Shown: positions 39,269 through 49,731, counted from the stretch's first letter. The stretch is 64,000 nt of DNA from an uncultured Candidatus Saccharibacteria bacterium (GCA_963539155.1 CAUTJX010000002.1:17238-81237), one strand, 5' to 3'. Translations and numbers: made by a program. Notes: generated by a model not told the origin, from the letters alone.

Positions 39269-39961
39269 TCACCCTCCAAACCGCCGCGAACGTTTCGCGT
39301 ACTCATTTAGTATAGCGGTTATGTCGCGTTTTGTCATATCTGGCCACGATTTTTTAACAAAAATTAGCTCGCTATAAGCACTGCGCCACAGCATAAAATT
39401 GCTTAGCCGCTGTTCGCCGCTGGTGCGCACTATCAAGTCGCATGGCGGCACATCTGGCGTATACAAAAATTGCTCAAAGATTTGCGCTGTTACTTTTTTG
39501 TGTGTTGAAAGCGTTTTGCGCAAGGTGTTGACTGCATCTATAATTTCCTGGTGCCCGCCATAATTAAACGACAAAATTGCCGTGCCGTGCGTCAAATCTT
39601 TGGTGGCCGCTTCGGCCTCGTCAATCGCTTTTTTGACTCGGCGGCTGAGGCGCACACGCGTCCCCGCCACCCTTAACCGTATGCCGTGTTCAACGAAAAT
39701 ATGCAAATCACGCGTCAACATTTGCACCACCAAATCCATCAGATGCTTAATCTCCGGGCCGCTACGATGCCAATTCTCGGTACTAAAAATATACGCGCTA
39801 ACATACGGAACGCCGCGATCGATAGTATCGATGATAATTTCGCGCAACTTTTCATAACCAGCGCTATGCCCTTCTTGCGCTGATAAACCCTGAGCTTTTG
39901 CCCAGCGGCGATTGCCGTCGACAATGAAGCCGACGTGTACTGGCAGTATTTTCTCGCTCAT
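39269..39961 (-). CDS. uppS: Undecaprenyl-diphosphate synthase
   Basis: HVGFIVDGNRRWA, FSTENW.R, NYGG, DLIVRTSGEQRLSNFMLW, RRFGG. Confidence 0.97.
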   Translation of the reverse strand: MSEKILPVHVGFIVDGNRRWAKAQGLSAQEGHSAGYEKLREIIIDTIDRGVPYVSAYIFSTENWHRSGPEIKHLMDLVVQMLTRDLHIFVEHGIRLRVAGTRVRLSRRVKKAIDEAEAATKDLTHGTAILSFNYGGHQEIIDAVNTLRKTLSTHKKVTAQIFEQFLYTPDVPPCDLIVRTSGEQRLSNFMLWRSAYSELIFVKKSWPDMTKRDITAILNEYAKRSRRFGG

Positions 39962-40515
39962 TAGATGGTTAGAATATCCTTTTCTTTGTCCTTGAAAGCG
40001 GCCTCTAGCTTGTCTTGGAATTCATTCATCAAGCGATCAAATTCTTTTTCGATCATTTTGAGATCGTCCTCGCTCAGTTCTTTAGCTTCCTTCATTTTTT
40101 TGGCATCCTTGATGCCGTCTTGGCGAATATTACGCAAAGCGATTCGCGCTTCTTCTAATTTCTCTGACGCTTGACGAACCAGCTGCTTACGGCGCTCCTC
40201 GGTCAGGGCTGGCACTGGCACGCGCACTACGCGCCCGTCGTCGCTCGGATTAAAGCCAAGGCTTTGATCGTTGCGAATCGCCGCAGCGATATTTTGCAAA
40301 TTACTCGGATCAAAAGGTGTCACCAGCAACATTTGCGCCTCGGGAGCTGTTACGTTGGCCACCTGATTGAGTGGCATATTAGCACCGTAAGCTTCAACCA
40401 TCACACCCGCTAACATACCTGGATGCGCCCGGCCAGTGCGAATCTTGCGCAGCTCCTCGCCAAAGTGCTCAAATGCGCCTGTCATTTTTGCTTCATATTC
40501 GTCTGTACTAAACAT
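39961..40515 (-). CDS. frr: Ribosome recycling factor
   Basis: IRTGRA, LGFNP..DG, P.LTEERRK.L, R.A.RNIR.D. Confidence 0.97.
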   Translation of the reverse strand: MFSTDEYEAKMTGAFEHFGEELRKIRTGRAHPGMLAGVMVEAYGANMPLNQVANVTAPEAQMLLVTPFDPSNLQNIAAAIRNDQSLGFNPSDDGRVVRVPVPALTEERRKQLVRQASEKLEEARIALRNIRQDGIKDAKKMKEAKELSEDDLKMIEKEFDRLMNEFQDKLEAAFKDKEKDILTI

Positions 40516-40548
40516 ATATTCTCCTTTACTTTATTGTACCATTAAACG

Positions 40549-41259
40549 CTAATTTATCTGCGCTACTCCTAGCAAACTAGCCCGCCGGTCAAATCCCCGG
40601 CGCAAACGATACGCCTGGCGAAAATCCGGCGAGCCATCGACTTCTTGATAGGCATTTTCATCAAAAATCAACCACACGTCTAGCGGATAGTGCGGCCGTT
40701 CGGCTACCCGTGGCATCACTGTATGATACAAGCGGAAAAACGCATCAGTCGTGTGATATGGCATATATGGCACGAATGCTCGCCCCAAAACCTCCGGCTC
40801 GCTGCCATCCCGGTTTAGCGGCAAGCCGCCAGTCTCGCGAATCCGTTTAATAAACGCCGCCCGCCCTGTCTCGTTGGTAAATTTGCGCGATTGCAGCCCG
40901 CAAACAATAATCTCTTGGTACATGAAACGATGCAGAAACACTATATCCACATAGCGCGAAATCTCGTAAGTCTTGGTGCGATTCGGCCCCATGCCAACGA
41001 AAGGATTGTCGGCAAAATCATATCCATAAGCTGGAATATCAATATGAATAATTCCGTCTGTATCTTCGCTTAGCTGGTCTCGCAAAGCAATCAGCTGATC
41101 GTCAAGATCCTTGCTATCAATCCGCTCGTGGTCTTGAAAAACTTCGCTTTCTGGCCGCAAATCAATATCATCCAGCTCACTCGCACGCTCGCGCTCGCCG
41201 CCGCTTGGCTTTTCGCGGTTGCTATAAAAGTCAAAACTACCGGATTCAAAATTGCGCAT
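40549..41259 (-). CDS. Hypothetical protein occupying the usual pyrH position
   Basis: 236-aa ORF between tsf and frr; no UMP-kinase motifs (e.g. LKLSGE). Confidence 0.7.
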   Translation of the reverse strand: MRNFESGSFDFYSNREKPSGGERERASELDDIDLRPESEVFQDHERIDSKDLDDQLIALRDQLSEDTDGIIHIDIPAYGYDFADNPFVGMGPNRTKTYEISRYVDIVFLHRFMYQEIIVCGLQSRKFTNETGRAAFIKRIRETGGLPLNRDGSEPEVLGRAFVPYMPYHTTDAFFRLYHTVMPRVAERPHYPLDVWLIFDENAYQEVDGSPDFRQAYRLRRGFDRRASLLGVAQIN

Positions 41260-41296
41260 CTACATTCCGCCATTGATTGCTCATGCTTTTATCATA

Positions 41297-41331
41297 CCAA
41301 AATAACCGCCATATTTCAGCGGTTATATTGG
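41297..41331 (-). terminator. Intrinsic terminator after tsf
   Basis: ATAACCGC ... GCGGTTAT stem; A-run on + equals U-run on -. Confidence 0.7.
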
Positions 41332-41348
41332 TTGTATAAGACGTAGGC

Positions 41349-41942
41349 TTATTCGCCGCCAAGCTCGATACGCTTGAATTGACTAACGCGCACATTCTCG
41401 CCGCGCAGTGCTACTTGCTCTTTGATCAGCTCGCCGACGGTTTTGCTGTCGTCAAGTACGAAAGCCTGCTCGGACAGGACTTGTTCGGCAAAATATTTTT
41501 TGAGTTGTCCTTCGACAATTTGCTCGCGCATATTATCTGGCTTATCTTGCAAACTGTCGCTTGCCAAAAACTCCTGCTTTTTCGCTTCGTAAACGTCGCT
41601 CGGAATATCCTCGACCGTTGCATATTTTGGCGCCATCGCTGCGATCTGCATAGCAATTTGGTGCGCAAACTCTTTGAATTCTGGCAAGCGCGCCACGAAA
41701 TCAGTTTCGCAGTTAACCTCGACAACCACGCCGATACGGCCCGAGTGTACGTAGCTCTCAATCAGACCTTCGCGCGTCTCGCGGTCGCCTTTTTTCTCGG
41801 CCTTAGTCAAGCCTTTCTTACGCAGTGCCTCGAGAGCTTTATCGAAGTCGCCTTCGGCTTCAACTAGCGCTTTTTTGGCATCGGTCAGACCAATACCGCT
41901 TAATTCTTTCAGCTTTTTAATGTCTTCAATTGATACGCCCAT
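41349..41942 (-). CDS. tsf: Elongation factor Ts (short form)
   Basis: IKKL.E.SG.G..D.KKAL, EG.I.SYVH, EVNCETDFVAR. Confidence 0.97.
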   Translation of the reverse strand: MGVSIEDIKKLKELSGIGLTDAKKALVEAEGDFDKALEALRKKGLTKAEKKGDRETREGLIESYVHSGRIGVVVEVNCETDFVARLPEFKEFAHQIAMQIAAMAPKYATVEDIPSDVYEAKKQEFLASDSLQDKPDNMREQIVEGQLKKYFAEQVLSEQAFVLDDSKTVGELIKEQVALRGENVRVSQFKRIELGGE

Positions 41943-41943
41943 C

Positions 41944-42645
41944 CTATTTCTCCTCTTTTTTAGTTTTGCCTTCGTTCACTGCTGCTACAAAGTAGTCTAG
42001 CAACAATTGCAAACCTTTGATCGCGTCGTCGTTGCCTGGTATTGGATATTCAACTTTACTCGGGTCGGCATTAGTATCAGCAATTGCCACCACTGGGATA
42101 CCGAGGTTTTCTGCTTCAGCGATTGCATTTTTATCAACCAGCATATCGAGCACGATTAAAGCGCCAGGCTTGCCATTCAATTCTTTGATACCGCCGTATT
42201 TAAAGTTCAAGCTATCAATTTCTTCTTGGTAGCGCTGAACTTCTAGCTTATTGTAGCGTTTCTCGAGATCGCCATTATCCATACGGCGCTCGAGGTCGCG
42301 CAGTTTCTTGATTTGTGCATTGGTAGTGGTGACATTGGTTAGCATACCGCCAATCCAGCGATTCACCACAAACGGCTGGCCAGCCGACTCGGCAGCCGCT
42401 TTGACGATATCTTTGGCCTGCTTTTTGGTACCAACAAACAAAACTTTTTTGCCGCTAGCGACCGTCTTGGTAATAAACGGTAAGGCTTTGTCTAGCGCCT
42501 CAACTGTCTTCGCTAAATCAATAATATGGCTATCCTGGCGTTTTGAGTGAATATACGGCGCCATCTTCGGGTGCCAGCGGCTAGTTTTGTGTCCAAAATG
42601 AACACCAGCCTCAAACAAAGCTTTCATGTCTACTTCTACAGACAT
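41944..42645 (-). CDS. rpsB: 30S ribosomal protein S2
   Basis: AGVHFGH...WHPKM, LFVGTK.QA, RWIGGMLTN, DTN.DP, PGNDDAI. Confidence 0.98.
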   Translation of the reverse strand: MSVEVDMKALFEAGVHFGHKTSRWHPKMAPYIHSKRQDSHIIDLAKTVEALDKALPFITKTVASGKKVLFVGTKKQAKDIVKAAAESAGQPFVVNRWIGGMLTNVTTTNAQIKKLRDLERRMDNGDLEKRYNKLEVQRYQEEIDSLNFKYGGIKELNGKPGALIVLDMLVDKNAIAEAENLGIPVVAIADTNADPSKVEYPIPGNDDAIKGLQLLLDYFVAAVNEGKTKKEEK

Positions 42646-42649
42646 TAAA

Positions 42650-42710
42650 TTACTCCTTTTCCTCGCCCGCTACTTTTGGAGCTGTAACGGGCTGTGTCGT
42701 TAAAATTATT
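42650..42710 (-). promoter_or_regulatory. Possible rpsB leader hairpin (S2 autoregulation)
   Basis: On - strand ACAC followed by hairpin GCCCGTTAC...GTAGCGGGC just upstream of SD AAGGAG. Family assignment is inference. Confidence 0.4.
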
Positions 42711-42807
42711 ACCATAACAGTGTAACACTAAATAAGGTTATTGTAAAGTTACAATTTGCATTAGGCTGACTTTGCTACTACTGCTTATTTCTGTTATGCT
42801 TATGATT

Positions 42808-43254
42808 ATGAAAGAGCGTTTTCGCAAGATTTCATCGCGTGCTTCGACGCTGGCTGGGTCGGCTGGCGTGTTTATCCTAGCGGCCGCTTCAATAGCTGTT
42901 TGGTTTATCACCGGGCCAATTTTCAACTTCTCTGACACCTGGCAGTTAGTTATCAACACTGGTACGACGATTGTTACTTTTTTGATGGTTTTCTTGATCC
43001 AAAATACCCAAAACCGCGATAGTCGTGCTATTCAGCTTAAGCTTGATGAACTAATCCGCTCCACCAAGGGCGCCCGCATGCGCTATGTTGGATTAGAAGA
43101 CTTCAGCGACGAAGATTTAGCGGACATCGAGGAAGAAATTCGCGCTATTACCCAGCTGCCAGCTTCGCAGCGCGCGCTACGTAAACTTCACGACAAAATC
43201 AGCAGCGAGAAGGAACGCCGTAGCAACGAGAGACATCGTAAACTGCATCTTTGA
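42808..43254 (+). CDS. Low-affinity iron permease family (Fet4-like) protein
   Basis: GP.F.FSDTWQLVINTGTTIVTFLMVFLIQNTQNRD..AIQLKLDELIR signature. Confidence 0.92.
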   Translation: MKERFRKISSRASTLAGSAGVFILAAASIAVWFITGPIFNFSDTWQLVINTGTTIVTFLMVFLIQNTQNRDSRAIQLKLDELIRSTKGARMRYVGLEDFSDEDLADIEEEIRAITQLPASQRALRKLHDKISSEKERRSNERHRKLHL

Positions 43255-43279
43255 CAAGTAGACAGTTTTTTGCTAGAAT
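43251..43279 (+). promoter_or_regulatory. sigma70 promoter of rpmE
   Basis: TTGACA-17 nt-TAGAAT, 9 nt before ATG 43289. Confidence 0.7.
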
Positions 43280-43288
43280 ACTACAGTT

Positions 43289-43693
43289 ATGAAAAGCAGT
43301 ATTCACCCACAGGACTATCGCCTGGTCGTATTTAGCGACGAACAAGCAGGCTTCGCGTTCTTGACTCGCTCAACAGCGCAATCTACCGAAACAATCAAAT
43401 GGAAAGACGGTCAAACTTACCCGTTGGTCAAAGTCCACATTTCGAGTAAATCACATCCATTCTTCACTGGCGAAGAAAAGATCATCGACACCGAAGGCCG
43501 CGTTGACCGCTTCAAGGCCCGCCAAGCCGCCGCGAAGGCCCGCCGTGAAGCTCTCGTCAACAAAGCAAAAAAGGCTAACGCCGCTGCTGCCGCCAAGGCT
43601 CAGCAAGCTGCCGATGACAAAACCAGCGACAACAACGCCAAACCAGCCAAAACCTCCAAAAAAGCTAAGAAACAGGTCAACAAGAAAAACTAG
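43289..43693 (+). CDS. rpmE2: 50S ribosomal protein L31 type B (Zn-independent) with Ala/Lys-rich tail
   Basis: IHP.DYR.VVF.D, ISS.SHPFFTG...[10 protein letters not shown]; no Cys. Confidence 0.93.
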   Translation: MKSSIHPQDYRLVVFSDEQAGFAFLTRSTAQSTETIKWKDGQTYPLVKVHISSKSHPFFTGEEKIIDTEGRVDRFKARQAAAKARREALVNKAKKANAAAAAKAQQAADDKTSDNNAKPAKTSKKAKKQVNKKN

Positions 43694-43709
43694 ACGCCAT
43701 CAATCGCAT

Positions 43710-43750
43710 AATAAAACATCGCTGCTATCTGTCAGCGATGTTTTATTTTT
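43710..43750 (+). terminator. Intrinsic terminator after rpmE
   Basis: Perfect 15-bp IR AATAAAACATCGCTG / CAGCGATGTTTTATT plus T-run. Confidence 0.85.
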
Positions 43751-43907
43751 CTTGCCTGATCCACAAAAACACCTTTACATCTGACCTATCTGCCACCCTT
43801 AACCCTAATATGTACCCCACCAACATCTAAAACTTGCCACGAATCTAGCGACGATATTATACCTTAAAACTCTTATTCCGCCAATATATGCTATAATTTT
43901 ATAAGCT

Positions 43908-44978
43908 ATGGCAAAGATTTCTCTCGATTTAGACGCTTTGAAAGCCGAACGCGCTCGTCTCGGCGATTTTTTAGCAAGTCCCGACGCTTACAACTCGCCA
44001 GATTTTACTGCCAACAACAAACGTTTCGCCGAACTAGAAACCATTATCGCTACCGCTAGCGAACGCGATACTATCGAAAAGCAGCTAGCGGAGGCAAAAA
44101 ATCTAGCCCAGGGCAACGATGAATTAGCCGAACTAGCCAAAGCAGAGATTCCCGAGGACGAAGCTAAAATCACCGAACTCGACGATAAGTTATTCATATT
44201 ACTAACACCCAAAGACCCGAACGACGAGAAAAACATCATCATCGAGATCCGCGCTGGTGCTGGCGGCGACGAAGCCTCGTTATTTGCGGCGGAGCTGTAC
44301 CGCATGTACTTGCGCTGGTGTGAAGCCAATGGCTATAAAACTGAGCTGATTAGCGAATCTGCCAACGATTCCGGCGGGTACAAAGAAGTCATTTTCATAG
44401 TCAAGGGCGACGCGCCATATGCCAAATTGAAATTTGAAGGCGGCGTCCACCGCGTCCAACGCGTCCCAGTCACTGAAAGTCAAGGCCGTATTCATACCAG
44501 CACCGCCACTGTCGCCGTCTTACCCGAAGCCGAAGAAACTGATGTTGAAATCAACCCGAACGACCTGCGCGTCGATATTTATCGCTCCAGCGGCCACGGC
44601 GGACAAAGCGTCAACACCACTGACTCAGCCGTGCGCATCACCCACCTGCCAACTGGCATAATGGTTACCAACCAAGACGAGAAGTCACAGATCAAGAACC
44701 GCGAAAAAGCCATGAGCGTGCTGCGTTCGCGGCTGCTGCAGATGAAAATTGACGAAGAAAACGCTAAATTAAGCGCTGAACGGCGTTCGCTAGTCGGCAC
44801 TGGCGACCGCTCAGAGAAGATTCGCACCTATAACTTCCCGCAAGACCGCATCACCGACCACCGTATCCGTTATAGCCGCAGCAATATCCCTGCCGCCATG
44901 AACGGAGACATCAACGATTTGATTGAACAGCTGCAAGCTTATGAACGAGAGTTAAAAGTGCAAAACGCCGACCAGTAA
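43908..44978 (+). CDS. prfA: Peptide chain release factor 1
   Basis: [17 protein letters not shown] anticodon mimic, [17 protein letters not shown]. Confidence 0.97.
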   Translation: MAKISLDLDALKAERARLGDFLASPDAYNSPDFTANNKRFAELETIIATASERDTIEKQLAEAKNLAQGNDELAELAKAEIPEDEAKITELDDKLFILLTPKDPNDEKNIIIEIRAGAGGDEASLFAAELYRMYLRWCEANGYKTELISESANDSGGYKEVIFIVKGDAPYAKLKFEGGVHRVQRVPVTESQGRIHTSTATVAVLPEAEETDVEINPNDLRVDIYRSSGHGGQSVNTTDSAVRITHLPTGIMVTNQDEKSQIKNREKAMSVLRSRLLQMKIDEENAKLSAERRSLVGTGDRSEKIRTYNFPQDRITDHRIRYSRSNIPAAMNGDINDLIEQLQAYERELKVQNADQ

Positions 44979-45058
44979 TAGTCTATCTATCACCCACCTC
45001 GCCCCTGATCATATTAATTTAGTTTGACCGCTACAAACTTGCATTTTATACTATTCAT

Positions 45059-45856
45059 ATGAATATATCGGCATGGCTCGATCACGCAATCAAACAATTA
45101 CGAGAAATTGGCGTCGATTCTGCCAGGCTAGATGCAGAACTTATCTTGGCTAATACGCTGCGGAAAAATCGCACCTACCTGCACGCTCACCCCGAAGACG
45201 ACATCGACCCGCGGCGTGTTGATATTGCTAATGCTCGGCTGCGTCTGCGGTTAGAACGCGTACCGCTTGCTTATATTTTAGGTTACCGCGATTTTTACGG
45301 CCGAAGATTTACAGTGTCGCCGCAGGTCCTAGTGCCTCGGCCAGAGTCAGAGGTCATCATAGAATTATTGAAAGAGCTCGGTGTTTCTGGCAAGCTGCTA
45401 GATATTGGCACTGGCAGCGGCTGCTTGGGCATCACCGCAAAATTAGAGATCCCGAAACTTAACGTAATTTTATCTGATATTAGCCAACCAGCTTTACGCA
45501 TTGCCCGTCAAAATGCTGAAAAATTTCAAGCCGACGTCGCTCTGATAAAAAGTAATTTGTTGCGCGCCGTACCCGGCAAATTCGATATAATTATCGCTAA
45601 TTTGCCATATGTCAACCGTTCGTGGCAGCGCTCGCCCGAGACTAATCATGAACCAGCATTAGCACTCTTCGCCAAAGACGAGGGCTTGGCGCTAATCTAC
45701 CAGCTGATAGACCAGCTACCAGCACACTTAAGTCCTAGCGCCTTAATCTTTTTAGAAGCCGACCTGCGGCAGCACGGCGCAATAATAGCCTACGCTGGTT
45801 CGTGCCAACTGCGGCATAAGCTAACACGTGGCTTTATCGTCGTACTACAAGCATAA
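45059..45856 (+). CDS. prmC: Release factor glutamine methyltransferase
   Basis: PLAYILG...FYG, VLVPRPESE, DIGTGSGC, NLPY, EP..ALF; follows prfA. Confidence 0.93.
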   Translation: MNISAWLDHAIKQLREIGVDSARLDAELILANTLRKNRTYLHAHPEDDIDPRRVDIANARLRLRLERVPLAYILGYRDFYGRRFTVSPQVLVPRPESEVIIELLKELGVSGKLLDIGTGSGCLGITAKLEIPKLNVILSDISQPALRIARQNAEKFQADVALIKSNLLRAVPGKFDIIIANLPYVNRSWQRSPETNHEPALALFAKDEGLALIYQLIDQLPAHLSPSALIFLEADLRQHGAIIAYAGSCQLRHKLTRGFIVVLQA

Positions 45857-45861
45857 TTTAC

Positions 45862-47061
45862 TTATTCTTGATAGGCCGCTAGCGTCGCTTTGATATTTAT
45901 CGTTTTACCGCTGCGCATCACCGTCAAATCAATAGTATCGCCCGGCTGATACTGCCCGAGAACGCTTGATAAATTACCTCGCGCGCCCAATTCAGTACCA
46001 TTAACCTTGGTAATGATATCCTTGTCTTGAATACCGGCTTTAGCGGCCGGGCTGTTAGCGGTAACACCAACGTCTTCGCTGCGGCCGCCAGTCACGTACG
46101 CGCCATATTTTGATGGCAAACTATAATGCTTGGCTATCTCCGGCGTGATATCCGTGTAATTGACGCCCAGATACGCTCGCTGCACGCCTTTGCCAGCCAA
46201 AACTTGCTGGATTGTACCTTTTGCTGCGTTAATCGGGATCGAAAAGCCAATTCCTTCAGCATTCGAAGCTACCGCTGTATTAATACCGATAACCTGCCCG
46301 CTGTAGTTAATTAACGGCCCGCCAGAATTGCCAGAATTAATAGCCGTATCGGTTTGCAGCATATCAGTCAGAGATTCCCGCGAGTTACCGCTACTATCGC
46401 TCGCCGAGACCGCCCGGCCCTTACCAGAAATAATACCTTTAGAAACGGTGTTCTGATACTGTCCTAGCGCATTACCGATAGCAATAACGTTCTGCCCGAC
46501 TCGGGCTGTCGACGAGTCGCCTAGAGCTGCTGGTGTTAAATTATTAACGTCTTTGATCTTTAAGTAAGCCAAATCATTCAACGGATCGGTACCAACTAGC
46601 GATACCGCGTCGTAAGTCGACCCGTCCGAGGCCACAATCGTAACCGACTGCGCGCCTTCTACAACATGCTTATTAGTAAGAACGAAGCCGTCTTTACTGA
46701 GAATAATACCTGTACCGGCCGCCTGCACCTGGCGGGAACCGCCAAATAGCGATTGCGACTTAGTATTGGTGACTATCGACACCACGCTTGGCGAAACTTT
46801 GTCAATAATATCAGAGACAGAAGCCTCCTTACTATCAGCCGCCAGATTACCGTCAACGAAAGTGTTCAGAGAACTGCGACCTCCTCGTATTAGCAGCGTA
46901 CAAGTTATGCCGCCAGCCGCCAAAATAATCGCCGCAATCACGATAGAGATCGCTAGCCAAACCGTCTTCTTCTGGCAAGGTTTAGTAACCGCAACAACCT
47001 GAGGCGGTAGCGGCTGTGAGTCTGACGATCGCGGTGTAGCATTTTCCTGCTTATTATTCAT
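45862..47061 (-). CDS. htrA: HtrA/DegP-family serine protease (one PDZ)
   Basis: TM anchor, LTNKHV, DLA, QTDTAINSGNSGGPL, PDZ. Confidence 0.93.
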   Translation of the reverse strand: MNNKQENATPRSSDSQPLPPQVVAVTKPCQKKTVWLAISIVIAAIILAAGGITCTLLIRGGRSSLNTFVDGNLAADSKEASVSDIIDKVSPSVVSIVTNTKSQSLFGGSRQVQAAGTGIILSKDGFVLTNKHVVEGAQSVTIVASDGSTYDAVSLVGTDPLNDLAYLKIKDVNNLTPAALGDSSTARVGQNVIAIGNALGQYQNTVSKGIISGKGRAVSASDSSGNSRESLTDMLQTDTAINSGNSGGPLINYSGQVIGINTAVASNAEGIGFSIPINAAKGTIQQVLAGKGVQRAYLGVNYTDITPEIAKHYSLPSKYGAYVTGGRSEDVGVTANSPAAKAGIQDKDIITKVNGTELGARGNLSSVLGQYQPGDTIDLTVMRSGKTINIKATLAAYQE

Positions 47062-47154
47062 CAGAAACCTCCTCTATTCGATAATTTGATCATATCCATT
47101 ATACTTACTATGCGCATATAGTCTTAAAGAATCCTTAAAAATCTGCTTAACGCC

Positions 47155-47934
47155 CTACAAAGCATCGCTGCCGCTCAAAACCGCAAAGATATACGCCACA
47201 ACCATCGTCATTGCCGTTAATAATATCGGCATTGCAATATCAGCGAAGCGAACTTCGCCGTGTTTATGATAGCTGCGCGCTGTCCGCTCGGCCACGAAAC
47301 CCATCAATACTGCAAATATAGCGAATTGCGATACCTTGATAGCAGCTAAACCAGGAACAGTATAAGCAATCATCCAATAATACGAGATCCAGCCGAGTTC
47401 AGCGCACACTGTTGCTGCTGCTATCGCGTAAAGATTAGTGCTGATTCCCTCGTAGCGGCTAGCCACATGCCGCGCTGACGCATAAGCAATCACCCAAACA
47501 ACTGCTACGAAATAAAATGAATCCCATGAATAAGCTGTCAACGACAGTGTCACTAGCCCCAAGAACAGCGCAGTACCAGCCTGAATAACCGCGTACGTGT
47601 ATTTTGAGCGCTGCTTGATAAATAGCAGCCAGACAATATGCAACACTGTTAGCCCCAGCTGAAGTATCATGTATCCGCCCGACAGCCAAATTAACAGCGC
47701 AAAACTAACGCCAACTATAATATCCACCAAATTAGACAAAACATTAGCCACCCAAAAACGCGGCCTTACCGATAAAATCCGCCATTTGCCAAGCGCCACC
47801 AGCAGCAAAGCAAAAATTGGCGAATTAGTTACATAAATAGTTCCAAACACCGCCAGCGCCAGCAAAATATTAAGCGATGCATAAGCCAGCGAGCTTGCCT
47901 TAGAGCTATACTTATGCTTTTTTGTTGAACTCAT
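47155..47934 (-). CDS. Polytopic membrane protein, function unknown
   Basis: 259 aa with about 8 hydrophobic segments; KWR..SVRPRFW..N motif. Confidence 0.75.
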   Translation of the reverse strand: MSSTKKHKYSSKASSLAYASLNILLALAVFGTIYVTNSPIFALLLVALGKWRILSVRPRFWVANVLSNLVDIIVGVSFALLIWLSGGYMILQLGLTVLHIVWLLFIKQRSKYTYAVIQAGTALFLGLVTLSLTAYSWDSFYFVAVVWVIAYASARHVASRYEGISTNLYAIAAATVCAELGWISYYWMIAYTVPGLAAIKVSQFAIFAVLMGFVAERTARSYHKHGEVRFADIAMPILLTAMTMVVAYIFAVLSGSDAL

Positions 47935-47976
47935 ACCGCTTAATTATACCACCTTAGTATTGTTTCTATAACCCGC

Positions 47977-49647
47977 CTACTCGCCGGCATTCGGCTTGAC
48001 TGCTATGATAATAACGTAGTCCACCTCTGCATTATATTTGACACCTGGCACGCTCTGTACCGCTTCTGGGGCAGCGCCGTAAAGCGACTGCAGTTTTACA
48101 GACGTAGCTGTCTTGGCGCGCGTTGAGACTTTATATATCTTGTTGCTAGAATACGAGCCGTTTTGCGGCGCATTACCGACAGTACTAACCGTCATGCCAA
48201 GCTCAGTTAATTTATCAGCTTGTTTTTGCGCCACGCCTGATACGCCAGTAGCATTAAGTACAACGACGTTAGCATTTTCTTTAGTGATATCTGTCGCATA
48301 GAGGTTTTTCTTAACGAAAGCCCGCAGCTGGCTGTAGTCATACGTTCCGGCCGTCGGCACCACCGAACTAGCGCCGCCGTACGTGCCAGTTGTCAAGATA
48401 GCCGGCTCGGCATCAATCAAACTGACGCTTTTAATATTATCGCTTTTGATGTCGTGTACTAGCTCGACCAGCGTACGCACTTCGCTCTTTTCGAAATTAG
48501 TTCGTAAATTCTTGCCAATCGCGTCGATAATACCAGAAATTTTAGTAAAATCTGCCAGCGTGCCGGCACTTAAGGCCTTGTCGCGAATAGCAACCATAAT
48601 CTTTTGCTGATTTTTTTCGCGGTCGAAATTAGACTGTTCGAAACCGTACGTTGGCGCTCGGTCGCCGCGCGCCATCGCCAAATACAGCGCGTGCTCGGCA
48701 TCTAATTCTACTTCACCGTTTGGATAGCTAATATAGTGGCCGCGCGGACAGCGCTGAGACTTCTCGGCAGACGTCGTACCGCACTTCCAGTCAAAATTAC
48801 TATCCATCACACCATTCGGATTGCGGCTGTCGATGGTAATCTTAATACCGCCAAGCGCCCCCACCAAATCACGCATCACGCTATAATTCAGGTGAACCGA
48901 ATATTGCACATCAATACCAAATATATTACCAACAAAAGCTCTAGTTGCCGTCTGACGCTCTTCCTCGGCGCTGTCGCTCGACCAATTATCGTTGACGCAG
49001 TTAAAATAAGCGTTAATCTTGCCAGAATAACCCGCTTGGCAGCTCTTACCATATTTGACGTATAAGTCTCGAGGCACGCTAATCATATAAGCATCCTTTT
49101 TGTTCTGGTCAACACTAAGGATCATCATCGAGTCGGTTAGATATCCCGCTTCGTGACCAGCGTCGTCTTCTGAAGTGCCAAGTATCAAAATATTGCTGCG
49201 GCCATGAGCATCTTGCTTGAGCGGTTTCTTCTGTACGAAACCGAATATATCGCCCTTAAAAACAGCATTGCCTGCCATCAAAGCCCGTACCCCCAGGAAA
49301 ATACCAATACCAAGTACAATAACAGTTATTGCAATTGCCGCACGCTTGGCGATTTTTTTCCAATCGCGCTTTTTCCGACCATTTTTTGGCGAGCCCTTGC
49401 CAGAATGCTTGGATGGAGATAAATCAAGATTATTACTAATCTCGCGCAGAGACTCGTCGATATCGCTGCGAACACCTCTATTTGGCACCGAAGTAATCGG
49501 CCGCGGCGGCAATTGCTGCTGGTGCCGTACAGACACAGTATGCCCCATATCGCCGAAATTAACCGCTGGTTTTTTCTGGCTATCAACAGGCGCTCTACGC
49601 GCAGGAGTATTTCGCGGTACAAAACCGTCTATCGCTCGCTTCACCAT
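47977..49647 (-). CDS. LCP (LytR-CpsA-Psr) glycopolymer transferase with LytR_C domain
   Basis: NILILG, TDSMM, SVPRDLYV, KINA, DREKNQQ, VLNATG.SG.A. Confidence 0.92.
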   Translation of the reverse strand: MVKRAIDGFVPRNTPARRAPVDSQKKPAVNFGDMGHTVSVRHQQQLPPRPITSVPNRGVRSDIDESLREISNNLDLSPSKHSGKGSPKNGRKKRDWKKIAKRAAIAITVIVLGIGIFLGVRALMAGNAVFKGDIFGFVQKKPLKQDAHGRSNILILGTSEDDAGHEAGYLTDSMMILSVDQNKKDAYMISVPRDLYVKYGKSCQAGYSGKINAYFNCVNDNWSSDSAEEERQTATRAFVGNIFGIDVQYSVHLNYSVMRDLVGALGGIKITIDSRNPNGVMDSNFDWKCGTTSAEKSQRCPRGHYISYPNGEVELDAEHALYLAMARGDRAPTYGFEQSNFDREKNQQKIMVAIRDKALSAGTLADFTKISGIIDAIGKNLRTNFEKSEVRTLVELVHDIKSDNIKSVSLIDAEPAILTTGTYGGASSVVPTAGTYDYSQLRAFVKKNLYATDITKENANVVVLNATGVSGVAQKQADKLTELGMTVSTVGNAPQNGSYSSNKIYKVSTRAKTATSVKLQSLYGAAPEAVQSVPGVKYNAEVDYVIIIAVKPNAGE

Positions 49648-49731
49648 ATCTATGTACTATAAAGGATTTTAGCTAAAAAATAAATATCGCGCTTATTGTT
49701 TCGTTGGTTTTTACAGCGTATAATACGTGTA

